Shown: one piece after another, positions 1-8,027 of the stretch
How positions within the stretch are numbered: position 1 is the stretch's first letter
Layout: every line of letters begins with the position of its first letter
The notes under the pieces: model-generated
Database searches by the model: none
What the model saw: only the letters and a program-made list of their open reading frames with translations
Told to the model about the DNA's origin: nothing
Program-made: the position numbers and the translations under genes
IMG/VR virus record: IMGVR_UViG_3300006055_000001
Length of the DNA: 20,000 bases
Reading direction: 5' to 3' (one strand)
From: an uncultured virus (IMG/VR IMGVR_UViG_3300006055_000001)
Taxonomy: Duplodnaviria > Heunggongvirae > Uroviricota > Caudoviricetes

Positions 1-1
1 G

Positions 2-376
2 GTTCTGGTCGCGCTCCCGGCCCAAGCGGGATGCTATTCGACGGGCCAGCATCCGGCGGCGACCGAGGTATCCAACGCGATCACAGCGGGCCCGCAGAAG
101 CTGATGCTCGCGGCGGCAGTTAACTACGATGCCAGCAACGCGAAGGTCGCGATGATCTTCGACAGCGCCACTGTACCAGGGACCGGAACGATCCCGGTTA
201 TGGTCGTGCCCCTGGCTGCGGCGGTCAGTGCGACGCAACCGACTCCCGGCAGCTTTTCGGTTCCGGTCAGCGGATGGCAGCTCAGCAAAGGCATTTCCAT
301 CGGCTGCTCGAGCACGGCGCAGACGTACACGGCAGACGGAAGCGCGAACTGCTTTTTCGAAGTTTGCTGGCAGTAG
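2..376 (+). CDS. 5'-truncated, probably exported beta-rich phage protein (structural/accessory)
   Basis: Frame is open from position 2 (VLVALPAQAGCYSTGQHP...), upstream of the ATG at 104. VLVALPAQA looks like the end of a signal peptide with an AxA site. TAG at 374-376. Confidence 0.65.
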   Translation, partial: VLVALPAQAGCYSTGQHPAATEVSNAITAGPQKLMLAAAVNYDASNAKVAMIFDSATVPGTGTIPVMVVPLAAAVSATQPTPGSFSVPVSGWQLSKGISIGCSSTAQTYTADGSANCFFEVCWQ

Positions 377-382
377 ATTAGA

Positions 383-2740
383 GTGAAAGCCCTGCGCTTT
401 TTGCTCAGCTTTCTGCTTCTGCTCGCCTTCGCGGGCATCGCCTTCGCCACCCCGACCCCTACAGCAACTGCGACGGCAACGAGTACCCCGACGGCAACGC
501 CGACCCCTGCGCCGCCGCCCATGTGCTCTGTGACCGGCCTGATCCTGGATCCCGATGGATCGATCCCGCCAGTTGGCACCACGGTGTATTTTTCGACCGG
601 GCCGACGCCTCAGGTCATCGGAAGCAGCACGATCCTTCCTAATACGAGCTTCACAACGCAGACCGACATCAACGGAAACCTTGTCGCGGTGAACATACCA
701 CAGACGCTCAAGGTGACGGTGCATGTGAACGTGTACGGCGCTGCCTCGCAGCCCGTCGTTATCCCAGCTACGGGCACAGCGACGCTCGACGGGATCCTCG
801 GGCTGACGAATAATCAAGCACCGCTGATGTCGCTGATTTTTGGCGGCACGAGTTATCCGCTATCGAGCACCGGACCAACGCCGAATCAGTACCTGCAGTG
901 GAGTGGAACCGCGCTTGTTGGCGCAACTGCCGGCAGCGGTGCCATATCGTCTAGCCAGCTCCCCTCACCTTCCGCGCTCCCTACTACCGGAGCATACAGT
1001 CCGGGACCGCCCGTAGGCTCCGTCCAGTGTAATGCAGGTGGCGGACTCTTCGATGGCTGCTTCCCAGTCGCTTCGGGCGCCTCCGGTGACATCGCCTACT
1101 ACCCGACTACCGGCTCGACTGTATCGGGCATGGCACCGCCCGCCTGTAACGCCGATATCCAGGTGGGCGCGGACCTCGGTGCTAAGATCAACGCCTGTGA
1201 GGCTACCCTAGGTTCCAATCCCGGAACTATCCTTTCGACTATTCCGGCCCAAATAAATACGACCGTTCTAATTAGTCACATCAATCACCAGCTCAGATTC
1301 GGTCCCGGCACTTGGACGGGAACTCCGACCATTGAGATCGGAGCCAATGTGACAGGAGCCGGCATTGTGGGCGCAGGTGAACATACCACCACGTTGCAAA
1401 GCACCTCTAGTACCGCAACCGAAATCGCCTGTCTCGGCAGTTGCAACGGACTATTGATTCAAGGGTTATCACTCACTCGCACTGGCACGTTTGCCGATAC
1501 TAGCTGTACGGCAGCCTACACACCTGCCTTTGCTTGTACGGGCCTGCATACCTCAAACGCGCCACCCGTTGGCAATGCTGCTGATGGCATCTCTGAGTTG
1601 ACCTATACTGATAACGTCGTGATCAAGGACGTGACGGTCAACAATCAATCCCAGGGCATACTACTCGGCGCCACCGATTACAGTCAATTGTTCAACGTGT
1701 CTTCAAGTGGCAACTCTGGCTATGGCTTTCGCCTGTTCGATGCAACCAATACATCGCTGCCTTTTCAATGGGATGCCGATATGGTGGGGGTGGGCAGTAA
1801 CGGCGCTGACGGAATCCAATTCGTAACCGTAAAATCCGCTAGTCCATATCAAGCCGATACTGGTGGTATATGGCGCAGGGTTATCAGCTTCAACAATGCA
1901 GGTTATGCAATCAACATTATTGGCGGCGCGGCTGGTTGCTCAGCGAATGGGGTACCGAACGCTTGCTGCACAACGGCTGGTATAGGCACGTGCGTAGGGA
2001 TGAACGACCTTGAGTTTAATCAATTCGAGGGGTCCACTGATTTCTCGGGGGAAATAAACATTGCTAGCAATGGTTCGGACATGATGCTACGCGACCTTTG
2101 GATGGAGACCAACAACGGTAACTGTATTACGGCCTATACAGTCGGCGGTGCCACTAGCGTAGCTGCTGGAATACTAAGCATCGAGAATGCTACTATGTCG
2201 GTCTGTGGTGGGACGGCAATCACCGCAGATATGGACCAACTGACAATCGACGGCGTTAACGCCTATCACTATGGTATATCGAATGCAGGAGGCGCAGCGA
2301 ACGAGAGTGGTATCTATATCGCCGGTGATGGCAACTTACATTGGGGGAATGTCATCACGAACGTACATCTGAGTGGCGACGGCTATGGTCAATATGGGAT
2401 TTATTCCGCAGTTGACAATGTCGCAATTTCTGGCGGGAACGTAGCCATCAACAATAGCACCAACGGAATTACTTTGAACGGTAACGCGGATGGAGCGGGA
2501 TGGTCCAAGTCCAAGATATGCGGCGTTGTCGGTACAGTGGACGTGAATTGTGGCTCGACGTGGCCTGCATATTCAGGCGGCGGAACTGCCTGCTTCAGCA
2601 ACGTGAATGGTGGGCCGACGCCTTACGGGACTTTGTATAACGCCGCTGCCTGCCCGTCGCCAGTAGCAACACCGACTGCAACTGCTACTCCAACGGCCAC
2701 TCCAACAGCGACCGCGACACCGACGGCGACACCAACATGA
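383..2740 (+). CDS. Tail-spike/adhesin-like protein with signal peptide, Thr/Pro/Ala linkers and probable right-handed beta-helix (pectin-lyase-like) domain
   Basis: 785 aa. N-terminus MKALRFLLSFLLLLAFAGIAFA. TPTATAT tracts at both ends. The segment DLGAKINACEATL...FGPGTW...IVGAGEHTTTL followed by N/G-rich 'GI.L/GI.F' repeats is typical of beta-helix spikes. Confidence 0.7.
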   Translation: MKALRFLLSFLLLLAFAGIAFATPTPTATATATSTPTATPTPAPPPMCSVTGLILDPDGSIPPVGTTVYFSTGPTPQVIGSSTILPNTSFTTQTDINGNLVAVNIPQTLKVTVHVNVYGAASQPVVIPATGTATLDGILGLTNNQAPLMSLIFGGTSYPLSSTGPTPNQYLQWSGTALVGATAGSGAISSSQLPSPSALPTTGAYSPGPPVGSVQCNAGGGLFDGCFPVASGASGDIAYYPTTGSTVSGMAPPACNADIQVGADLGAKINACEATLGSNPGTILSTIPAQINTTVLISHINHQLRFGPGTWTGTPTIEIGANVTGAGIVGAGEHTTTLQSTSSTATEIACLGSCNGLLIQGLSLTRTGTFADTSCTAAYTPAFACTGLHTSNAPPVGNAADGISELTYTDNVVIKDVTVNNQSQGILLGATDYSQLFNVSSSGNSGYGFRLFDATNTSLPFQWDADMVGVGSNGADGIQFVTVKSASPYQADTGGIWRRVISFNNAGYAINIIGGAAGCSANGVPNACCTTAGIGTCVGMNDLEFNQFEGSTDFSGEINIASNGSDMMLRDLWMETNNGNCITAYTVGGATSVAAGILSIENATMSVCGGTAITADMDQLTIDGVNAYHYGISNAGGAANESGIYIAGDGNLHWGNVITNVHLSGDGYGQYGIYSAVDNVAISGGNVAINNSTNGITLNGNADGAGWSKSKICGVVGTVDVNCGSTWPAYSGGGTACFSNVNGGPTPYGTLYNAAACPSPVATPTATATPTATPTATATPTATPT

Positions 2741-3687
2741 AGATAAAATACTTACTGCCCTTTGCTGTATTCTTGCTTTTGCTGACGCTGCCACGTTCGG
2801 CTGGCACTATTTCCTATCCCGGTTATGAAAACCTTGTCACAGCCAATTCGCCCGGCGGCTACTGGAAAATGGGTGAGGCATCGGGCAATCTCTCCGACTC
2901 GTCAGGCAATGGCAACACAGCGATAGCGGTTCCTACTATCACCTATGGTGTTACGGGGCCGATTACGGCTGACTCAACAACTGCCATCAATACGGCGGCT
3001 TCGGGTTACTTCACTGTCGCTAGTAATGCGTCGCTTCCCTCGGGCGACACATTCACGGCGTCAGCATGGGTTAAACTTGCCGCATATACCAACTATGTGG
3101 GCATTATAGGTCAGACCACTTTTGCGCCGGGGCATCCGGGCTGGTATGTTTATCTTGCGGGAAATGGGACAAGCTACAGCAAGCTTATCTTACAGGCTTA
3201 CGATGGTGCTACCCAGACTCAACTAGCACAATCCGGTAGCAGTATAACCGACCTTACAACATGGCATTTCCTGGTAGCCACCAAGAGTGGCACCGCAGTT
3301 CACCTATATCTTGACGGTGTGGATAATACTGCGGCAGGCTCAAATGCCACGATAAACAATACAACATCTGCTTTGTATTTAGCCTCTGGTAATGCTTGCT
3401 GTGCCATCACCCTTAATGGCAGCATCGGCCAAGCCGCCGTCTATTCCACCGCGCTCACCGCGCCGCAAGTCGCGGCACTCTACAATGCGGGCGGTCCTGA
3501 CCCAACGCCTACCGCGACTGCCACGGCGACAGCAACCGCCACAGCTACAGCAACCGCCACGACAACAGCCACCCCAACAGCAACGGCTACAGCGACGGCC
3601 ACCGCTACGCCTACTTGTCACGGCTACGGCACCGGATACGGCTACGGGAATGGCGGCAGCGGATACGGCAAGGGAAGTTGCTACTGA
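2737..3687 (+). CDS. LamG/concanavalin A-like lectin domain protein with signal peptide, TA linker and C-terminal GYG repeats
   Basis: Motifs GYWKMGEASG, FTASAWVK, WHFLVATKSG..VHLYLDG and NGSIGQAAVYSTALTAPQVAALY match the Laminin_G_3 pattern. ATGA overlap with the upstream gene. Confidence 0.85.
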   Translation: MKIKYLLPFAVFLLLLTLPRSAGTISYPGYENLVTANSPGGYWKMGEASGNLSDSSGNGNTAIAVPTITYGVTGPITADSTTAINTAASGYFTVASNASLPSGDTFTASAWVKLAAYTNYVGIIGQTTFAPGHPGWYVYLAGNGTSYSKLILQAYDGATQTQLAQSGSSITDLTTWHFLVATKSGTAVHLYLDGVDNTAAGSNATINNTTSALYLASGNACCAITLNGSIGQAAVYSTALTAPQVAALYNAGGPDPTPTATATATATATATATATTTATPTATATATATATPTCHGYGTGYGYGNGGSGYGKGSCY

Positions 3688-3747
3688 CGGCGCGAGTGAG
3701 TCTTGAGCCTCAATTGTGCGGGCCTGAGACTGTAAGGACCTGGGGGC

Positions 3748-4293
3748 GTGGGGGGAATGACGAGCGAACCTAAAAACGGCTGGACACCTGGCCTACTACT
3801 GATTCATCTAACTGATGCAATGAAGCGGACCGATGAACACTTTGCCGCAGACCTCGGCGCGATGGAGAAACGGTTCATTGATAAGCTGGCCGATGCCGAC
3901 AAGCGCTATGAGCAGCGGTTTCTAGCTCAGACTGAGGCGGTTTCGGCGGCGGCCAATGCGGCAAAAGAAGGCGTAGCAGCCGCGCTTGCCGCGGCAAAGG
4001 AAGCCGTCGCAGCCGCACTAAATGCGGCAGATCGCGGAAGCGCAAAGGCTGAACTTGCGTCGGAAAAACAGGTCGCTGCAGTTCGTGAGAAACTTGAGGG
4101 GGTGGGCGGAGTCATAAAGCGCATGGAGGAACTTACGAGTCGCATCGATACTTTCATCGGACGAGGCGGCGGCCAGGACGAGCTGCGAATCGAAGGCATC
4201 ACTCAAAGAAACTGGGGTGTCCAGATGTTTCTCCTCGCCATTGCCGCGATCGGCGGATTTGTTATGTCAGTCATTTCGTTTCTTCGACATTAA
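3748..4293 (+). CDS. Coiled-coil protein with C-terminal transmembrane helix (lysis-region membrane protein)
   Basis: Ala-rich helical repeats AAKEGVAAALAAAKEAVAAALNAA and a hydrophobic C-terminus. Alternative start ATG at 3757. Confidence 0.7.
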   Translation: MGGMTSEPKNGWTPGLLLIHLTDAMKRTDEHFAADLGAMEKRFIDKLADADKRYEQRFLAQTEAVSAAANAAKEGVAAALAAAKEAVAAALNAADRGSAKAELASEKQVAAVREKLEGVGGVIKRMEELTSRIDTFIGRGGGQDELRIEGITQRNWGVQMFLLAIAAIGGFVMSVISFLRH

Positions 4294-4304
4294 AGGAGAA
4301 CTCC

Positions 4305-4481
4305 ATGCTTTTACTTATTGTCGTCCTAGTCCTGCTGTTCGGTGGAGGGGGAGGATGGTACGGCTGGAACAATGGCATCGGGCCAATCGGCCCTGGCCCT
4401 GTTGGCGGTCTCTTGCCGATCCTGCTGATCATCCTGGTTGTGTGGCTGCTCGTAGGTGGCGGAGGCTTGAGATTGCGATGA
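4305..4481 (+). CDS. 58-aa two-TM Gly-rich membrane peptide (DUF3309-like; possible holin); not in ORF track
   Basis: AAGGAG RBS at about 4293-4298, ATG 4305. Translation MLLLIVVLVLLFGGGGGWYGWNNGIGPIGPGPVGGLLPILLIILVVWLLVGGGGLRLR. TGA overlaps the next ATG. Confidence 0.8.
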   Translation: MLLLIVVLVLLFGGGGGWYGWNNGIGPIGPGPVGGLLPILLIILVVWLLVGGGGLRLR

Positions 4482-4840
4482 CGCGCAGGCCGTACACACC
4501 GCCGATTTACAGACCGGCGAGGAAGAAGAGCAAGATAACGCCCTGGCTTGGTCTGACGTTTGGCGTCGTAGTGCTGGTATTTTTCCTGATCTTCGACTGG
4601 ATGAACCCGCCGCCCGCCATTATGTACGCTCCGTCTCCCATTGTCGCGCCCGTAGCGCCCGTAGCGCATCCGACGGCCACTGGCACACCAACCCCTACCC
4701 CAAGCCCGACGGTCGCGCCTACGCCAGCCCCTGCCCCAACGCCAAGGCCTCGCGGGCATCGACGCCCGCTACCGCATCATGGGGCGAAGTTTGCCTGCAC
4801 GGGCGGTGAAGCGGTCGGCCTCGAGCGCTGTAGCCAATGA
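4478..4840 (+). CDS. Single-pass membrane protein with basic N-terminus and Pro/Thr-rich stalk
   Basis: True start is probably ATG 4478 (ATGA-coupled) rather than 4217. TM segment WLGLTFGVVVLVFFLIF, then PTPTPSPT. Confidence 0.7.
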   Translation: MTRRPYTPPIYRPARKKSKITPWLGLTFGVVVLVFFLIFDWMNPPPAIMYAPSPIVAPVAPVAHPTATGTPTPTPSPTVAPTPAPAPTPRPRGHRRPLPHHGAKFACTGGEAVGLERCSQ

Positions 4841-5310
4841 AGGCCACGGACCTAATTGCCGGCCACGAGGGGCTTCGGCTTGTCGCATATAAAGATCGCG
4901 GCGCGCTAGCGATAGGGTACGGCCAGCATTTCGATTCGTTGACAAACGACCAGCGCGCCTGGCTGACCGCTGCGCACGGCAGCGTACTGAATGCCCTGAC
5001 CGGGATTACCTTTGAAGAGGCGCAACGGCTGCTCAAGGAACGGGTCGCGGCGCTCGAGGCATGGGCGACCGCTCAATTTCCCTGGTTCGCTGGTTTAAGC
5101 GAGACGCGGCGAGCCGTAATTACAGATATGTGCTATGAGCTCGGCGAGGGGCGTCCGGGCAAAACCGGATTGCTCGGGTTTCCGCATTTCTTGGCCGCCT
5201 GCGCTCGCGGTGATATTCCGACGGCGATTGCTGAAATGAAATCCAGCGATTGGGCGACGCAGGTTCCCTCTAGGGCTAAGAACGACGAGCTCCTGTTTGC
5301 GCGGGGTTGA
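4837..5310 (+). CDS. Phage endolysin, GH24 (T4-like) lysozyme
   Basis: HEGLRLVAYKD...IGYG (E-x8-D catalytic spacing), RRAVITDMCYELG, and EMKSSDWATQVPSRA, the T4-lysozyme-like C-terminus. Confidence 0.92.
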   Translation: MKATDLIAGHEGLRLVAYKDRGALAIGYGQHFDSLTNDQRAWLTAAHGSVLNALTGITFEEAQRLLKERVAALEAWATAQFPWFAGLSETRRAVITDMCYELGEGRPGKTGLLGFPHFLAACARGDIPTAIAEMKSSDWATQVPSRAKNDELLFARG

Positions 5311-5341
5311 GCCTCAATTCGATTGGACCCAGAATAATCGC

Positions 5342-5716
5342 ATGGCGGCACTTCGTCGCATCCAGCAGAATTACCTCGTCCAAACGCTGCTCGTGCCGGC
5401 GATTTGGGCCGCTTTCGGCGCCACAATAGTCGCGCTCGTGGCTTTTTCCAAGGGCAACGTGTTCGCGCTAACGGGCGCTGATTTCAAGGCTGCGGTCGGC
5501 GCTGGCGGCTTCGCGGGCTTGGCGTATCTTGCTGCCATCTGGCAGCACGGCCTCGGTTCCGCCAGTTTCCACGCTGACGGGACGGACAACGAAGCGGTCG
5601 AAGACATCGTGACGATTCAAAAGGCGGCAGACGTTGTTCCCGGAGCCTCGCGGATTGCCAGCGTCATAACGAGGCAGGCGTCAATTACGGCAGCGGAAAT
5701 AAAGGCGCAGTCGTGA
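5342..5716 (+). CDS. Two-TM membrane protein, candidate holin
   Basis: Hydrophobic segments LLVPAIWAAFGATIVALVAF and AAVGAGGFAGLAYLAAIW, directly after the endolysin. Start uncertain (5297 or 5342). Confidence 0.55.
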   Translation: MAALRRIQQNYLVQTLLVPAIWAAFGATIVALVAFSKGNVFALTGADFKAAVGAGGFAGLAYLAAIWQHGLGSASFHADGTDNEAVEDIVTIQKAADVVPGASRIASVITRQASITAAEIKAQS

Positions 5717-6111
5717 ACGAAGTCAGGGCAGCTCACTGGCTCTGGACCTACGTTGCGAGCGTCCAGATCCTCGTGGTCCTTGTTGTGCTGGCCGCGATAG
5801 CGCTGGCGGCTACTGGCTGCTCGCTGCTGAGATCGGCGAACATCGAGAGCACACAGATCAAATGCGTCCATCGGCCGGTCGAGCTCCCCGGCGAATATCA
5901 AGCCAACACGCTGATCGCGGTGGATCTCAACACGGGATTACCATTGTTGTCGACATCGCATCGGCTGCTGGCCTATTGCAAGGCCGAAGGACAGGACCCT
6001 GCACTGATGCCCGAAGCGTCAACGCCGAACATTTTTAGCGCGCTGGAAAACATCCCCGCTACGCTGGGCACAGCGGTGCCGACGGCGGCGGGCGTAGCAG
6101 CGGGGCTTTGA
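5713..6111 (+). CDS. Putative lipoprotein/membrane protein (possible spanin component)
   Basis: Long hydrophobic segment ending in lipobox-like LAATGC. GTGA overlap with the upstream gene. Confidence 0.6.
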   Translation: MNEVRAAHWLWTYVASVQILVVLVVLAAIALAATGCSLLRSANIESTQIKCVHRPVELPGEYQANTLIAVDLNTGLPLLSTSHRLLAYCKAEGQDPALMPEASTPNIFSALENIPATLGTAVPTAAGVAAGL

Positions 6112-6563
6112 TGGAAAAAAAAGACCAGCCGACGCAGTCGGCTAAATACGAAAGGCCGTGTCCGTTCTGTGGCGGACAATTAGGGGAGGCCGATGACCAT
6201 AATCCCGCGTATGGGGATGTTCGGCACCAATATATGGAGGCGTGCATCGTAGAATTGCGGATGCGGTTAGACAAAGTAGTGCGGGTGGCTGCTGGAGAAA
6301 AAGCGCTCCACGGTTTCTATGAGCGTATCTCATATCTCATCAGCACGAATACTTCCAAGGCTTGGACGGGGCGTATTACATTCATCGCGATGGCGGTCCA
6401 CGACTACGAGCGCGCGACCGGACGCCCATTGACCCCGACCAGTTTGATTACTGGGCGATGTTCGCTCGTCGGCTGCGAGAAAGAATGGCCCCACGAGCAC
6501 AAGATCGAAGGCCCAGCGGAACGCTGCGTAGGCGTCGATTACGAGACCTTTATTCATGGCTAG
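6108..6563 (+). CDS. Hypothetical protein with CxxC motif and an FYERISY...YERATGRPLTP domain (paralog of 7115-7357)
   Basis: CPFCGG near the N-terminus. Central ~45 aa is shared with 7115-7357. Confidence 0.7.
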   Translation: MMEKKDQPTQSAKYERPCPFCGGQLGEADDHNPAYGDVRHQYMEACIVELRMRLDKVVRVAAGEKALHGFYERISYLISTNTSKAWTGRITFIAMAVHDYERATGRPLTPTSLITGRCSLVGCEKEWPHEHKIEGPAERCVGVDYETFIHG

Positions 6564-6816
6564 TTTAATCGAATTACTGGGCAGCCAGGCCGCCGTCGAC
6601 GAGGCGAAAGAGGCCGCGCGAACGGTCTTGCAAAGCGCGATCGCGTCGGCATTCGGCAACCTCGCAATCGCGGAACCCAAATTGCTCGCGCCGGTCAGGA
6701 AGATGGCTGACGATTGGGTGGACGCGACGATCCCCAAATTCAGGAAGATGCTCGATAGTTGGGTCGATGACGCGATTCTAAAAGTTACGAAACTGAAACT
6801 GACGAAAGGAGTTTGA
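6556..6816 (+). CDS. Hypothetical amphipathic helical protein
   Basis: 86 aa, overlapping both neighbours. Internal repeat KMADDWVD/KMLDSWVD. Confidence 0.7.
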   Translation: MASLIELLGSQAAVDEAKEAARTVLQSAIASAFGNLAIAEPKLLAPVRKMADDWVDATIPKFRKMLDSWVDDAILKVTKLKLTKGV

Positions 6817-7118
6817 AGGATATGATGAGGAAAAACATTGCACTAGGGATTATGGCGGCGGGAGTGCTGTGTCTGAGCGGATGCAGCGCGCTGAGCGGAC
6901 TTACCGGAACGACATCGACCAATCCGACGGGATCAACGGGTCCGACCGTCGCAACGACCGTGCTGGGCGTATCGGTGCCGCTGCATTCAACTGTAGCGTC
7001 GAACTGTGCAGCCGGGGATACCAACTCCTGTGCGCAGCAGGCCAACATCGTGAGTTTCTGCGCGGCAACCGCCACGATCCAGGAAGCGCATAAGGCCTGC
7101 GTCGGCGCGGGCTGGTGA
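6813..7118 (+). CDS. Putative lipoprotein with T/S/G linker and Cys-containing C-domain
   Basis: MRKNIALGIMAAGVLCLSGC lipobox. AAGGA RBS-like sequences near the alternative starts. Four downstream Cys. Confidence 0.75.
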   Translation: MKDMMRKNIALGIMAAGVLCLSGCSALSGLTGTTSTNPTGSTGPTVATTVLGVSVPLHSTVASNCAAGDTNSCAQQANIVSFCAATATIQEAHKACVGAGW

Positions 7119-7357
7119 CGGGGCCGATGCCCGACGACAGCGAGATGGCTGATGAGATGGAGACGGTAGCTGTTGCGGCAGTGGCTTTGCACAGATTTTA
7201 TGAGCGCATCTCCTACCTCGTCAGCGATGCGGCGCGGTTTCAGCCGGGCGAGCCCGACCGGATCATTTTCGTCGCGATGGCGGTGCATGAGTACGAGCGC
7301 GCCACGGGACGACCGTTGACGCCGGGGTTTGTCCCGATACCGATTCAGGTGAATTAG
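7115..7357 (+). CDS. Hypothetical protein, FYERISY...YERATGRPLTP domain (paralog of 6108-6563)
   Basis: GTGA-coupled to the upstream gene. Nucleotide differences from the paralog are largely synonymous. Confidence 0.75.
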   Translation: MTGPMPDDSEMADEMETVAVAAVALHRFYERISYLVSDAARFQPGEPDRIIFVAMAVHEYERATGRPLTPGFVPIPIQVN

Positions 7358-7368
7358 GAGCAACCTTC

Positions 7369-7821
7369 ATGGCAGCAATTGCAGGCGCGGCGGCGCTAAC
7401 CGCCATTGAGACACTCGCTCCAATCGCCATCGCGGCGTTGGAGCCTGTGTTAAAAAACATCCTGACTAACCTGCCCGCGAACATGGTCGCGCTCGGGCCC
7501 GCGGCTCCAGCGGTCACCGTCGAGGCGGCAGTGGCATCGAACCTAGTCAAGAAGATGCCGGCCGTCACAGCGGACGAGTACGCGAAGATCAAGACCATGA
7601 TCGGTGTTGCGGTCGCAATCTACAAGACAGATCACCCCGAGGACGACCTGCAAGACGAAATTTCCTGGGTCGACATCCTCGCGCGCGCCAGCGTCGGTAT
7701 CACAAAGGAGGGCATCGTCGTCTCGGCGATCCCGCCCAGCACGCAGTGGCAGATGGTGCTTTCGGGTGTGGAGATGTATCTGGCTGGCTTGGGCACGAAA
7801 GCGCTCGCGGTTGGAAAATAG
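7369..7821 (+). CDS. Hypothetical Ala-rich helical protein
   Basis: AGGAG RBS at 7356-7360. 150 aa. Confidence 0.75.
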   Translation: MAAIAGAAALTAIETLAPIAIAALEPVLKNILTNLPANMVALGPAAPAVTVEAAVASNLVKKMPAVTADEYAKIKTMIGVAVAIYKTDHPEDDLQDEISWVDILARASVGITKEGIVVSAIPPSTQWQMVLSGVEMYLAGLGTKALAVGK

Positions 7822-7832
7822 CGGGCGCGGAA

Positions 7833-8027
7833 ATGAACTTGTTCATTGCTAGGGCGGGCAGGAGGTTCCTGCTCGCCCTAGCTTTCTTTCCGATGCTGGC
7901 CGGCTGTGGCGCCCCTGCTGGCCGCCGTGAATTGAGGGCGGCCTTGCTCGCCCATCCCATACCAGCCGGCTGCGAATGGTGGTACGCGCCCGACTGCCCG
8001 CCGCCATATGAGGACACGGCGCGATGA
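7833..8027 (+). CDS. Small putative lipoprotein (64 aa), Pro-rich C-terminus
   Basis: ATG 7833, MNLFIARAGRRFLLALAFFPMLAGC lipobox. ATGA overlap with the next gene. Confidence 0.6.
   Translation: MNLFIARAGRRFLLALAFFPMLAGCGAPAGRRELRAALLAHPIPAGCEWWYAPDCPPPYEDTAR

Noticed and set aside
4217..4477. N-terminal extension of ORF 4217-4840
   Set aside because: It overlaps the end of 3748-4293 and the RBS-supported 58-aa gene at 4305-4481. ATG 4478 is the coupled start.
6304..7324. Diversity-generating retroelement TR/VR pair
   Set aside because: Differences between the two copies are mostly synonymous third-position changes of all base types plus an indel, not adenine-specific. No reverse transcriptase is in the window.
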